Source: Nitrospirota bacterium (lineage in GTDB: Bacteria > Nitrospirota > UBA9217). Taken from it: 64,000 nucleotides of DNA. The stretch covers positions 64,001 to 128,000 of the forward strand of contig CAVUHW010000015.1 in assembly GCA_963741205.1 (NCBI GenBank), given 5' to 3'. The position numbers and the translations under genes were made by a program. Each line of letters begins with the position of its first letter. Within the stretch, counting starts at the first letter, position 1. The notes below the pieces were generated by a model. That model had not been told where the DNA came from. It made no database searches and worked only from the letters and a program-made list of their open reading frames with translations. Below, piece by piece: positions 45,246 to 56,536 of the stretch.

Positions 45246-46523
45246 ATGAAACCGAAGAAGGTTTACAAAGGAAGTTTGCTTGAACGATACCGGGTGGATG
45301 TTTCCCGCTGCGTGAAGTGCGGGGCATGCAGGGCGGTCTGCCCCAGCTTCCTCCGGGACCGGGCAGAATCCCGGTCCGCACGGGGAAGGATGGCCCTCGT
45401 AAAGGCGATTCTGGACAACAGACTCACGGTGTCCGGGGTTTACCAGGACCGCCTCGCCTCCTGCACGGGGTGCCTCGCATGCGAGGCTTCCTGCCCGAGC
45501 GGCGTGCCGGTCACGGAAATCATCCAGGCTGCGAAGGAACAGGCTGTCGCGGAAGCGGGCAGGGGAATCATCGGGGCGGTGCTCTCCGGCGTGCTCATGC
45601 GTCCCGGCCTCTTCCGCTCCGCCGCGTGGCTCGCCCCGGTGGTGCTGCACTATGCGAAAGGGCGGGGGGCCAGGGTCCAGGGGACAGGGTACAGGGGCAG
45701 GGGGGCAAGGGGCGAAGAAAGAAGCAAGGGGACGATCGCGTTTTTCCCGGGGTGCGCGGTCGACTATTTTCAGCCCGAGATCGGGACGGCGACGATCAAC
45801 GTCCTGAACAAGCTCGGATACGACGTGGTCGTTCCGAACGACCTGAAATGCTGCGGAAGGCCGCTGCTTACCCTGGGCGACCGTGAAGCGGCGGAAAAAC
45901 TCGCCGCTCATAATACGGGGCTTCTTGCAAGACTTGACGCGGACGCAGTCGTTACCGCCTGCGCTTCCTGCAGCTTGACTTTTAAAAAGGAATACCCTAA
46001 ACTGCTTCGGTCCGGAACAAAACCGCCGGAAGTCCTCGACATCCATGAATTTCTCGCCAGCCGCATTTCGGGACTCAACCTCGGTCCGATCAACAAACGC
46101 ATCACCTGGCATGATCCGTGCCACCTCGGGAGGGGGCAGGGGTTGTCCGGCGCCGCCCGCGACATCCTGCGTTCCGTACCCGGGCTCACGCTCACGGAGA
46201 TGAGCGGCGCCGACCGCTGCTGCGGGTTCGGAGGCGTGATGAGGATCACGCACCCGGGACTTTCCGACGGTATCGCGAAAGAAAAGGCCAGGGCAGTCAT
46301 CGCCACGGAGGCATCGGCCGTCGTCACGGGTTGTCCCGCCTGCCGCATGCAGATCGCAAACGCCCTGAAGCATGCGGGTGCGGAAATCGAAGTGCTCCAT
46401 ACGGTGCAGGTGCTGGAAGAAGCGCTTTCGAATGCGGAATTCGGAATTGGAAGTCGCACGACCTCGAAGGTCGGCGCAAGTTTAGCATGCGTGTCGGACT
46501 GGAAGAAACTGGAAAAGAAATAA
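45246..46523 (+). CDS. GlcF-like Fe-S protein (2x[4Fe-4S] + two CCG domains)
   Basis: CVKCGACRAVCP, CTGCLACEASCP, CCG x2, WHDPCHL. Confidence 0.88.
   Translation: MKPKKVYKGSLLERYRVDVSRCVKCGACRAVCPSFLRDRAESRSARGRMALVKAILDNRLTVSGVYQDRLASCTGCLACEASCPSGVPVTEIIQAAKEQAVAEAGRGIIGAVLSGVLMRPGLFRSAAWLAPVVLHYAKGRGARVQGTGYRGRGARGEERSKGTIAFFPGCAVDYFQPEIGTATINVLNKLGYDVVVPNDLKCCGRPLLTLGDREAAEKLAAHNTGLLARLDADAVVTACASCSLTFKKEYPKLLRSGTKPPEVLDIHEFLASRISGLNLGPINKRITWHDPCHLGRGQGLSGAARDILRSVPGLTLTEMSGADRCCGFGGVMRITHPGLSDGIAKEKARAVIATEASAVVTGCPACRMQIANALKHAGAEIEVLHTVQVLEEALSNAEFGIGSRTTSKVGASLACVSDWKKLEKK
45658..45714 (+). repeat. In-frame G-rich heptamer tandem repeat in a domain linker
   Basis: agggtcc aggggac agggtac aggggca ...; encodes GRGARVQGTGYRGRGARG. 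Confidence 0.75.
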
Positions 46524-46531
46524 ATACACGG

Positions 46532-46617
46532 TAACCACAGATGAACACGGTTAAAGACAAATCAGAAAATCTAAAGTTCCGCTTTTATCCGTGTCTATCC
46601 GTGTTCATCTGTGGTTA
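46532..46617. repeat. Empty 10-nt-period inverted-repeat element
   Basis: taaccacagatgaacacgg ... ccgtgttcatctgtggtta. Confidence 0.9.
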
Positions 46618-46629
46618 AAAAGGTTTTCC

Positions 46630-46855
46630 ATGCCTATTTACGAATATCAATGCACGAAATGCAACTGCTGTTTTGAGAAGCTCGTTTTCGGGTCCAGCCC
46701 GGAAGTCACGTGCCCGAATTGCGGTTCGAAGGAGACGCAGAAAAAACTCTCGAAGTTCGGCATGGGCAAGTCTTCGAGCGCTTCGGCTTCAACATTCATC
46801 GAGCGGCTCAGGCTGCAGCGGCTGTTCATCGTCGTCTTGTGCAGGCTGCCATTAG
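46630..46855 (+). CDS. FmdB-family zinc-ribbon protein (frameshifted tail)
   Basis: MPIYEYQCTKC...CPNCGS; tail SGCSGCSSSSCAGCH. Confidence 0.85.
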
Positions 46856-47011
46856 AGGCGCCCTATCATTGGAAGGACCGGTAACGGTCCGCAGGATCAG
46901 GGGTTTTTCTGATGACTTTAGTGTTGACGAGAGGCTGCGGAAGTTGTATTATGATGCAGTTTTATTCATCAGCGAAGTATTTTAATTATTTCGCGCAGTC
47001 ATAAAGAACTC

Positions 47012-47698
47012 ATGTCATTTATTTTACTTCTTGCAGCCGGGTTCATCTTCATACCTTCTTTTGCCTTTGCATGGGGTCCCATGACCCACATGTATCTCGG
47101 CAATGAACTGCTCTCCTGCGCTCCGCTTCTCCCCGCCGGAATCTACGCCCTTTTGAAAAAACACAAGCAGGATTTCCTCTACGGCAATATCATGGCCGAC
47201 ATGATCCTCGGGAAAAAATACCTTCCCGACGACAAGAGCTCCCACTCCTGGGATGTTGGCCTGAAGCTCCTCGACCAGGCAAAGACCTGGCCCGAACGGG
47301 CCTTCTCGTACGGCTACCTCGCCCATCTTGCGGCGGACACCGTGGCCCACGAGACGCTCACGGACGACCTGGGGAACATGGGGCACACCTGGTTGGAGCT
47401 CAAGGCGGACAGCATCATCGACAAGTCCTACTGGCTGCAGACGGTCATGATCAGCAAGGCTGTGCGCAAACGGAGCGACCTCCTGCTCGAGAACTCGCTC
47501 GACAGCTATATCTTTTCCTTCAAGACCAACAAGCGGATTTACAAGAGCATGGTGTTCCTCATGTTCCTGAACAAGAAAAGACGGCGCGGCGTTGACCGGC
47601 AGCTCATCTACGACCTCCACGAAGAGTCCATAGCGCGCATGCTCGACCTGCTCCGGAACGGCACCGAATCCGAAGTCCTGCACAAGAACCCGCTCTGA
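47012..47698 (+). CDS. Zinc-dependent phospholipase C-family protein
   Basis: WGPMTH, GYLAHLAADTVAH, HTWLE. Confidence 0.8.
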   Translation: MSFILLLAAGFIFIPSFAFAWGPMTHMYLGNELLSCAPLLPAGIYALLKKHKQDFLYGNIMADMILGKKYLPDDKSSHSWDVGLKLLDQAKTWPERAFSYGYLAHLAADTVAHETLTDDLGNMGHTWLELKADSIIDKSYWLQTVMISKAVRKRSDLLLENSLDSYIFSFKTNKRIYKSMVFLMFLNKKRRRGVDRQLIYDLHEESIARMLDLLRNGTESEVLHKNPL

Positions 47699-47877
47699 AC
47701 CTGTTTAGAATCCCCGCGATCATTGACCCCTTCCTCCAACCTGAAAATCTGTTATAGTTATCCCTGTAGTAATGCTCCGTACCGGTTATGCGTATCTTTT
47801 TAGTTGCGAGTTCCGGGTTTAACCCACAACCCGTGACGTTTGCAGTGTTGTAAGAACCCCGACAAGGAGGCAGAGCC

Positions 47878-48360
47878 ATGGAACTCCATACCGTTCGCGT
47901 TGAAATCCCCGAAGGCTGCAACATCGTCCTCGGCCAGACCCATTTCATCAAGACCGCGGAAGACCTTTACGAGATCATCGCCACAACCGTGCCGCAGGCG
48001 AAATTCGGCGTCGCCTTCACCGAGGCCTCCGGTCCCTGCCTGGTCCGAACGGAGGGGAACGACGAAGGCCTGATCGCTGCATGTGTCAAAACTCTGAACG
48101 ATATCGGCGCAGGCCATGTGTTCTGCATTTACTTGAAAAACGCGTTTCCTATCAACATCCTCACCCAGATCAAAAACTGCCCGGAGGTCTGCCGTATCTT
48201 CTGCGCTACGGCCAACCCGCTCGAGGTTGTGGTAGCAGAGACAGCGCAGGGCAAGGGGATCATGGGCGTCATCGATGGGTCTTCACCAAAGGGAGTGGAG
48301 ACTGCCGCGGACAGGGAGCAAAGGAAGGGGTTCCTCCGAAAGATTGGGTACAAGCTGTGA
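47878..48360 (+). CDS. Adenosine-specific kinase family (DUF355)
   Basis: [36 protein letters not shown]. Confidence 0.88.
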   Translation: MELHTVRVEIPEGCNIVLGQTHFIKTAEDLYEIIATTVPQAKFGVAFTEASGPCLVRTEGNDEGLIAACVKTLNDIGAGHVFCIYLKNAFPINILTQIKNCPEVCRIFCATANPLEVVVAETAQGKGIMGVIDGSSPKGVETAADREQRKGFLRKIGYKL

Positions 48361-48559
48361 GTCAGGAGTCAGGAGTATAACGAACCATCTTAGTCGCTCT
48401 TCGCGGGTGTTCACCAAGGTTGAACCGTTCCGTGCGAATCCCCCCGATATTTGAAAATCTGTCTTGCTAATTTACCCCAAAAGCAGTAAACTTCGTGATC
48501 GTTATAATAATGATTCGACGTCAGTCCCAGATCAAATCAACCCAAAAGGGAGCACGAAA

Positions 48560-49344
48560 ATGAAACGAATTTTTAACGTTGCAGCAGCAGGGTCGCTGTT
48601 TCTCCTGGTGATATTCGCCGCGGCGGCCTCTTTCGCGGCGCAGGAAAAGACCGCGCCGAAGCCCAAGCAGGAGGCCATGGAAGCGGCGGATGAATCGGCC
48701 GTGTCATCATCTCTCTCGGGCAAGGTCGCCGAGACCATGAATGCCGGAGGGTATACCTACGTTTTACTGGATAAGAACGGGAAAAAGACCTGGGTCGCCG
48801 TGCCGCAGATGACGGTAAAGGTGGGACAGGAGCTCGTGCTGCAGCCCGGCCAGGAGATGCAAAACTTTACGAGCAAGTCGCTGAACAGGACCTTCGACAG
48901 AATCATCTTCTCCGGGGGCCCCGCGGCTCCCAAGGGTTCGCAAGCCGGCACCGGCCACGGGGCCGCAGGGAACGCGGCATCGGGCGGCAAGGCGGCGGTG
49001 GCTGCCGTTGACAAGAACCTCAAAGTGGAGAAGGCGACCGGGCCCGACGCATACACCGTAAACGACATGTTCGCGAAACGGGAGCGGAACTCGACAAGAA
49101 GACCGCCGTGGTTCGGGGCAAGGTCGTCAAGGTATCCGCGGGGATCATGGGCGCGAACTGGATCCACCTGCAGGACGGCACCGGTGACGCGGAAAAGATG
49201 ACGCATGATCTCGTCGTGACGACGCAGGACCTGCCGAAGGTCGGGGAGATCATGACCGTGAGCGGAACCGTCTCGAAAGACAAGGATTTCGGGGCCGGCT
49301 ATAAATACAACGTCCTCATCGAGAAGGCGAGCATTCAGCGCTGA
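48560..49344 (+). CDS. Periplasmic double OB-fold protein (NrfJ-related; frameshifted)
   Basis: GKVAETMNAGGYTYV...WVAVP; VRGKVVK...IMGANWIHLQDG, KDFGAGY. Confidence 0.75.
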
Positions 49345-49369
49345 ACCGGCTAATCAAAACGATCTTGCG

Positions 49370-49398
49370 AACCCCGTGCAGTGCACGGGGTTTTTTTT
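49370..49398 (+). terminator. Intrinsic terminator
   Basis: aaccccgtgca-g-tgcacgggg-tttttttt. Confidence 0.85.
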
Positions 49399-49498
49399 AC
49401 TCTTTTTGATAAAACAGTGCTTGACAATTTCCCCGTTTTAAGAAAATATTGGTGCTCTACGGAGTCGGCAGACGTTCCGGGAAAGGTGCTATTCCCCG

Positions 49499-50959
49499 AT
49501 GAGCAAGTACTATCCAGAAGCTATTGATCGCAAACCGGGGCGTTCCGGCCGTCCGGGTCATGCACACCTGCAGGGACCGGAAGATACCGACCGTCGCGGT
49601 CTACAGCGACCCCGACCGGCTGGCCCACCACGTCTTCATGGCGGACGAGGCCGTGCACATCGGCGCCGCTCCGCCGGCCGAGTCCTATCTCAACATGGAC
49701 AAGATGATCGATGCGGCCCTCCGGAGCAGGGCCGACGCGATTCATCCGGGCTGGGGATTTCTTGCCGAGAACGAGGCTTTCGCGCGGAAGGTGATCGACG
49801 CCGGGCTCACCTGGATCGGGCCTTCCCCCGAGGTCATCAGCATGCTGGGAGACAAGATCGAGGCCAAGGCCCTGGCAAAGAAGGCCAACGTGCCGACCAT
49901 CCCGGGCATCGATGCGGTCACGGACATCGGACAGATCAAGGCCTGGATGCAGAAGGACGGCGTGGCCTATCCCATCATGATCAAGGCGGCCTCGGGCGGA
50001 GGCGGCAAGGGCATGGTGAAGGTCGAAAGCGACGGCGAGCTTTCCCAGGCCCTGGCACGCGCCCGGTCCGAGGCCAGGAAGTCCTTCGGCGACGACACCA
50101 TCCTGGTCGAGAAGTACATCGAACGGGGCGGCACATCGAGGTCCAGATCGTGGCGGACAGCCACGGGAACGTCGTCCACCTCTACGAACGGGAATGCACG
50201 CATCCAGCGCCGGAACCAGAAGATCATCGAGGAGGCGCCGTCGCCGAGCCTCGACGAAAATCTCCGGAACGAGATCTGCTACACCGCGACCAGGCTGATG
50301 CGCGAGATCGGCTACACGACCGCGGGAACGGTGGAGTACATCTTCGATTCCGCCACGCGGAAGTTCTATTTCCTCGAGGTGAACACCCGGCTCCAGGTGG
50401 AGCACGGCATCACCGAGCTGATCACCGGCCTCGACATCGTCGGCATCATGATCGACGACGGCGCTGGGCAAGAAGCTGCCCTTCAAGCAGTCCGCGATCC
50501 GTCCGAACCGGTGGGCGCTCGAGGTCCGGCTGAACGCCGAGGACCCCAAGACCTTCAGCCCCTCCTTCGGCCCGATCACGCGGCTCCAGATCCCCATGGG
50601 GCCGAACGTGCGGGTGGCCTCGGGCGTGTACGAGGGCGGCGACATCCCGCCCTATTACGATTCGCTGTTCATGCTGCTCATGACCGCCGGCGCGGACCGG
50701 AACCACGCTATCAGCGTTATGGACCGGTCGCCTGGGAAGGAACCTCCGGGTCGAGGGCGTCAAGACGCTGCAGCCGCTGTTGCTCTCCATCATCAGGCAC
50801 CCGTCGTTCATCTCGGGCGAGTTTTCCACGCGGTTCATCGAAGAGCACATGGATGAGCTGATCTCCATGTTCCAGGAAAAGAACAGCGAGGACGAAGTGC
50901 TCAAGATCGCGCGGTACGTGGCGGAGATATCGGCCCTCGGGCCGCAGAAGTGGATGTGA
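49499..50959 (+). CDS. Biotin carboxylase subunit of a pyruvate-carboxylase-like enzyme (frameshifted)
   Basis: LIANRG, HPGWGFLAEN, GGGGKGM, EVNTRLQVEH, YYDSL. Confidence 0.9.
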
Positions 50960-50967
50960 GGAGTAGC

Positions 50968-51003
50968 GAAGTAAGAAGTCAGAAGTAGAAGTAAGAAGTA
51001 AGC
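50968..51003 (+). repeat. Heptamer tandem repeat (gtaagaa)n
   Basis: gaagtaagaagtcagaagtagaagtaagaagtaag. Confidence 0.7.
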
Positions 51004-51019
51004 AGAGGGAAAAGATTTC

Positions 51020-51122
51020 ACCGCGAAGGCGCGAAGGACGCAGGAAAGCAAACTCATGAATCCTGGTTCAGACAACAGATATTGACGTATGGTTTACTTC
51101 GCGCTCTTCGCGCCTTCGCGGT
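51020..51122. repeat. 9-nt-period inverted-repeat element (perfect 17-bp arms)
   Basis: accgcgaaggcgcgaag ... cttcgcgccttcgcggt. Confidence 0.85.
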
Positions 51123-51164
51123 AATCGCATTTTGTTATCTGAAGTTTGATAATGAGGAGATGTA

Positions 51165-53188
51165 ATGGCAGAATACTGTTTTCGTCAAACCCGGCATGTC
51201 GCCCCGGGAGATCGTCTCCGCGGTCCGCGCGCTCAAGGGCGTCTGCCTGACCTCCGTGGGCATGCGGGACGCCGGGCAGTCGGACTTCAAGAACCGGCAC
51301 CGGATCTACGACCTGAAGACCCTCGCGCCCTACTACAACGGCATGGGCCTTTTCTCCGCGGAGACCCACGGCGGGGCGCGCTGGCACGTCGGCATCATGA
51401 ACCGGAAGGAGAGCCCCTTCGAGGAGGTCGCCATCCTCCGGGAACTCATGCCGAACGTGCTGCAGCAGACCCTCATCCGCGAGACGAACCTCTGGGGGTA
51501 CCGGCCCTATCCCAAGAACGTGATCGAATACGCCGTCTCCCGGGTGGACATCGACGTCTGGCGGTGTTTCTCTTTCCTGAACGACGTGAGAAACATGCGC
51601 ACCGTGGCGGAAACGGTCATGAAGCGGGGGAGGCTGTTCGAACCGACCATTTCCTTTACCGTGGCCGACTGGGCCACGAACGACTACTACCTGGGCGTGG
51701 TCCGCGACATGGTGGACCTGTGCGGCGGGACCGACGAGATCGTGCTGTGCATGAAGGACATGGCGGGCGTGGGCGACGTGTCCCGGATCGGCAATCTCGT
51801 CGACGCCATCAAGCAGAAATATCCCGGCGCTCGTCCTCAACTATCACCGCCATATCACCGACGGGCTCGCCATGCCCGCCTTCCTCTCGGCGGCAAAGGC
51901 GGGGGCCACGATCTTCGACGTGGAGGAGGATTCGCTCGTCCGGTTCTACGGCCATTCGCCGATCCTCGCGGTCCAGGCGATATTCGAGGAATCGGGCATA
52001 CCCGTGCATCTCGACCGGCCCCAGGCGGAGGCCGCCGTGCAGAAGGTGCGGGAATGGATCGGCCAGTACGACTGGGCCGAGTCGCCCTTCAAGGGGCTGG
52101 ACCACATGGTCACGCTCCACCGGATGCCCGGGGGCGCGTTCCCCAGCTCCTTCGAACAGGCGGACAAGGGCGAGTTCCTTCATCTCATGCCCGCGATCCT
52201 CACGGTGATGTCGCTCTTCAACAGGATCGTGAAGTATTTCGACGTGACGCCCGGCTCCCAGATCACCTGGGTCACCTGCAGCGGGATCGTGAACCGGTAC
52301 GCAAAGGAGCAGGGAGACCGCGGGCGTCAAGCAGGTCATCGGGCTCCTGACGAAGTTCGTCACGGACAAGGACCAGGACTTCGAGGCCATGGACAAAGCC
52401 GAGCAGGAGGAACTTCTGAGCCTGTTCCGGGGCGCTCCCGGCGATTTCAAGAACCTCTGCTCGGCAACTACGGCAAACTCCCCGTGGGATGGCCCGCGGA
52501 ATGGGTGTACCGGAGCACGTTCGGAGAGGAATGGGAGGCAGAAGCTCAGGGAGCGGAAAGAGGTTTCGCCGCTCGACTCGATGCCGGCCGGACGACCTCG
52601 AAAAGATCCGGAAGGAGCTCCAGGAGAACGTGGGCCGGGCTGTCACGGAGGAGGAGTTCATCCTCTCTCTCATGCACCCGAAGGACGCACTGGAATTCAT
52701 CGAGTTCCGCGCAAAGTTCGGCGAAGCGCCGCTCGTCGCTGCCGACGGACGTCTGGAGAAAAGGGCTTACCAGGCCCGGGGACCGGGTGGATTTCGAGCA
52801 CTGGGGCAAGCCCTATTCCATCGAGCTGGTGTCCGTCGGCGCCGAGCACGAAGGCGTCATCCACGTCGTGATGCGGGTCAACAACAAGACGCGGGTGTAC
52901 TCCGTTGTGACGCCGCGGGCCAAGAAGGCGGAGATCAGGATGGCCAAGGGCCCGAACGCCGTCGGCGCTCCGATCAACGGGAACCTCTGGCGGATCGGCA
53001 ATCCCGCGCGCGGACCGGTCAAGGCGGGCGACATCGTGCACAAGGGCGAGGAGATCGCCAACCTCGAGGCGATGAAGATGGAGAACGCGATCCTGGCGCC
53101 CATGGACGGCCAGATCGCCGAGGTCTGCGTCAAGCTGAACGAAACTGTCCAGGAAGGCCAGCTCCTGTTCGTGATCGAAAAGTCGTAG
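51165..53188 (+). CDS. Carboxyltransferase + biotin-carrier subunit of a pyruvate-carboxylase-like enzyme (frameshifted)
   Basis: RDAGQS, KDMAG, HRMPGG, VTPGSQ, EAMKMEN. Confidence 0.85.
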
Positions 53189-53349
53189 CCCGGCCCAGGG
53201 AAGACGCATTGGCCGTCCAGCCGCGTAAATGCCCCTTTACTTTTCCGCACCCATTGTGCATAATATTTTGCGCCAAACCCGGCAACAATACGAATGCTGA
53301 GGTCCGAATTTCAACTCTCCGCCATCTCGCGGGCCAAGGAGATTCCATC

Positions 53350-55145
53350 ATGAGGAACGGTTCGAAAAACGAAAAATTGAACAGCTGGGTGAAGGAGGTC
53401 GTTGAGCTCTGCCGGCCTGACAGCGTGTACTGGTGCGACGGCTCGAAGGCGGAGTACGACCGGCTGATGGCGCAGATGCGCGGGCGCGGCATGGCGATCC
53501 CGCTCAAGAAGCGGCCGCAACAGCTATCTCTTCCGCACCGACCCGAGCGACGTGGCCCGCGTGGAGGACCGCACCTACATCAGCACGACGCGCGCAGGAC
53601 GAGGCAGGTCCCACGAACAACTGGGTCCACACGGACGAGCTCAAGAAGACGATGAGGGGTCTGTACCAGGGCTGCATGAAGGGGCGCACGATGTATGTCA
53701 TCCCCTTCTCCATGGGTCCCATCGGCTCGCCCATCTCCAAGATCGGCGTGGAGCTGACCGACAGCCCCTACGTGGTCTGCAACATGCACATCATGACGCG
53801 GGTCGGTGAAAAGGTGCTGGACGTGCTCGGCGAGAACGGGCGAGTTCATCCCCTGCCTGCACTCCATCGGCGCTCCGCTCGCTCCCGGGCAGAAGGATTC
53901 CGCCTGGCCCTGCGCGCCGATCGAGAAGAAATATATCAGCCATTTCCCGGAGGAGAACCTGATCTGGTCCTACGGCTCGGGCTACGGCGGCAACGCCCTT
54001 CTGGGCAAGAAGTGCCTGGCGCTCCGCATCGCGTCGAACATGGCGCGGAAGGAAGGCTGGATGGCCGAGCACATGCTGATCCTGCGCCTGACGAACCCCG
54101 AGGGAAAGCGCTATCACATCGCGGCCGCGTTCCCGTCGGCCTGCGGCAAGACGAACCTCGCCATGATGCAGCCGTCGATCAAGGGCTGGAAGTGCGAGTG
54201 CATCGGCGACGACATCGCCTGGATGAAGATCCGGGGCGACGGCCGGCTCCACGCCATCAATCCCGAGAGCGGTTTCTTCGGCGTGGCGCCGGGCACGTCC
54301 TACAATACGAACCCCATGGCCATGGACACGCTCAAGGAGAACATCATCTTCACGAACTGCGCCCTCGACCGACGACGGGGACGTCTGGTGGGAGGGGATG
54401 ACCGAGGACCTGCCGCCCGCACGTAATCGACTGGAAAGGCCGGGACTGGCCGCCCGGAAAGCCGCGAGGACGCCGCCCACCCGAACGCGCGCTTCACCGC
54501 GCCGGCAAGGCAGTGCCCGGTCATCTGCCCGGACTGGGAGGACCCCGAGGGGGTCCCGATCGACATCTTCATCTTCGGCGGCCGGAGGTCGAGCGTCGTG
54601 CCCCTTGTGACCGAGGCGTATTCGTGGGACCACGGGGTGTTCCTGGGCGCTACCGCCGCATCGGAGACCACGTCGGCGAACATCGGCGCCGTGGGGAACC
54701 TGCGGCGCGATCCCTTTGCCATGAGGCCCTTCTGCGGCTACCACATGGGCGATTATTTCCAGCACTGGTTCGCCATGGGCGACCGGCTGGGGCAGAAGGC
54801 GCCGAGGATCTTCTACGTCAACTGGTTCAGGAAGAGCGCGGAGGGCAGGTTCCTCTGGCCCGGCTTCAGCGACAACAGCCGCGTGCTCAAGTGGATGTGC
54901 GAGCGGGTTGACGGCAAGACCGGCGCCAGGGAGACCCCGATCGGCCTCATGCCGAAGGACGGGGACCTTGACATGGCCGGCCTGGACCTTTCGCCGGAGA
55001 ACATAAAGGCGCTCATGGCCGTGGACCTCGCCGCATGGAAGGCCGAGGTGCCCGACATCGAGACAGCACTTCGCGCTCTTCGGAAGCCGGCTGCCCGAGC
55101 GGCTCAGGAAACAGCTTCGAGGAGTTCAGGAAACGGCTGGGGTAA
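53350..55145 (+). CDS. pckG: GTP-dependent phosphoenolpyruvate carboxykinase (frameshifted)
   Basis: [54 protein letters not shown]. Confidence 0.94.
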
Positions 55146-55184
55146 GGTTTCCCGCACGCAATTCCAGCGATAATGTTTTTGATC

Positions 55185-55222
55185 CCATGCCCTCTTCCGT
55201 TTCTAAGCGGGAGAGGGCATGG
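55185..55222 (+). terminator. Hairpin after pckG
   Basis: ccatgccctcttccg ... cgggagagggcatgg; weak U-tract. Confidence 0.55.
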
Positions 55223-55490
55223 TCGTTTGGCGGGCTGTCGTGAATCCGATAGACAATCATGCATTAATGAAATAATGCATAATGCACCTTGCCTGACGCC
55301 TTTCCTTTGGTGAGGAGTTGAATCGAGTAGACGCAGTGTCTCACCTGGGTGCCCTCCTCCCTGAACGGAAGAAGGCATAGTTATTGCAGACAGGAAACGC
55401 GGAGAAATCGGTGGTGCAGATTATTAGGTTCTGGTATTACCTCCTATCAAGACGTCATAATGAGAGTCGGTATTTGAATCATTCGTGATC

Positions 55491-55557
55491 GTCATGCCGG
55501 ACATAATCAGGCATCCAGAGGGTCTTTGAAAGATTGGATTCCAGCTTTCGTTGGAGT
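55491..55557. repeat. Degenerate GTCAT...ATCC / GGATTCC hairpin element
   Basis: gtcatgccggacataatcaggcatccag ... tggattccagctttcgttgga. Confidence 0.55.
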
Positions 55558-55643
55558 CCGAGGTTGATACGTCCTGCTCGGCCCTCGCATAGGGCGCGGC
55601 CGAACCTAGCATCTTTCGCTCGATTGGAGCCGCATGCCAATGA

Positions 55644-55680
55644 TTGACAAAGGCTAATCGATATGACTGATAATGGTCAT
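55644..55680 (+). promoter_or_regulatory. Toxin-antitoxin promoter with palindromic operator
   Basis: TTGACA at 55644; ATGAC-N8-GTCAT palindrome covering GATAAT. Confidence 0.55.
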
Positions 55681-55692
55681 ATTGATGTAGCC

Positions 55693-56001
55693 ATGGAGGG
55701 CAGATATGGGAAGACAGCCGCAGTTTCCGAACTCAAGGCGCTTTTGAGTAAATACCTGTCAAAGGTAAAAGCCGGAGAGGAAGTTATCGTAACGGACCGT
55801 GGGAAGGCTATCGCTAAAATTGTTCCCATTAAAAGAGGCGAGATGGAAATTCCATCCCATCTTCTTACGCTTGAGCGGGCCGGTTTGGCGCGCATCGGGA
55901 AATCCAGCCTGCCGCCGGGTTTCTGGAGTCTGCCGCGTCCTAAAGACAGGAAAGGCGCTGTACTCAAGGCATTGCTGAAGGAACGTGAGGAGGGCAGATG
56001 A
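55693..56001 (+). CDS. Phd/YefM-family antitoxin
   Basis: AVSELKALLSKYLSKVKAGEEVIVTDRGKAIAKIVP; exact start uncertain (ATG 55706 has the better RBS but is out of frame). Confidence 0.88.
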   Translation: MEGRYGKTAAVSELKALLSKYLSKVKAGEEVIVTDRGKAIAKIVPIKRGEMEIPSHLLTLERAGLARIGKSSLPPGFWSLPRPKDRKGAVLKALLKEREEGR

Positions 56002-56429
56002 AATTCTGGGATGCATCGGCAATTGTCCCTCTCTGCATTGATGAGGCGCAAACGGAAACAGCTCGGAGCATCGCAAAAGATGATGGAGCGCTCGTTGCAT
56101 GGTGGGGAAGCATCGTCGAATCGTATTCCGCCCTGGCTCGGCTGAGACGTGATAAAATTCTTTCTTCCGAAAACGAGGCGGAAGCCCTGGCCGTTCTTTC
56201 TGTACTGGCCGATGCATGGACTGAGATCGAACCGAGCGATGACATCCGGGAAATTACGAGACGGCTTCTCCAGAACTATCCGCTCCGGGCCGCGGACAGC
56301 CTTCAACTGGCCGCTGCCGTCGTTTGGTCAGGCAAAACGCCGAAAGGACACCACTTCGTCTGCCTTGACGCAAGACTGCGGGAAGCGGCGGTTAAAGAAG
56401 GGTTTACCGTTCTTCCTCAAAAACTGTAA
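55998..56429 (+). CDS. vapC: VapC-family PIN-domain toxin
   Basis: FWDASAIVPL, LRAADSLQLA, FVCLDARL; ATGA overlap with the antitoxin. Confidence 0.9.
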   Translation: MKFWDASAIVPLCIDEAQTETARSIAKDDGALVAWWGSIVESYSALARLRRDKILSSENEAEALAVLSVLADAWTEIEPSDDIREITRRLLQNYPLRAADSLQLAAAVVWSGKTPKGHHFVCLDARLREAAVKEGFTVLPQKL

Positions 56430-56536
56430 TCATCCTCATGTTTATTAAAAAGGAATAGTTGTAACCCGGAGGTCGGCAGAGCAACGCGAAGCCCGATGCC
56501 TCAAATTTGAACGATCTTCACGAATAATTGAATCTC

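Noticed and set aside
55300-55400. tRNA or IS110-type non-coding end
   Set aside because: No cloverleaf or TTCGA T-loop; no adjacent transposase ORF
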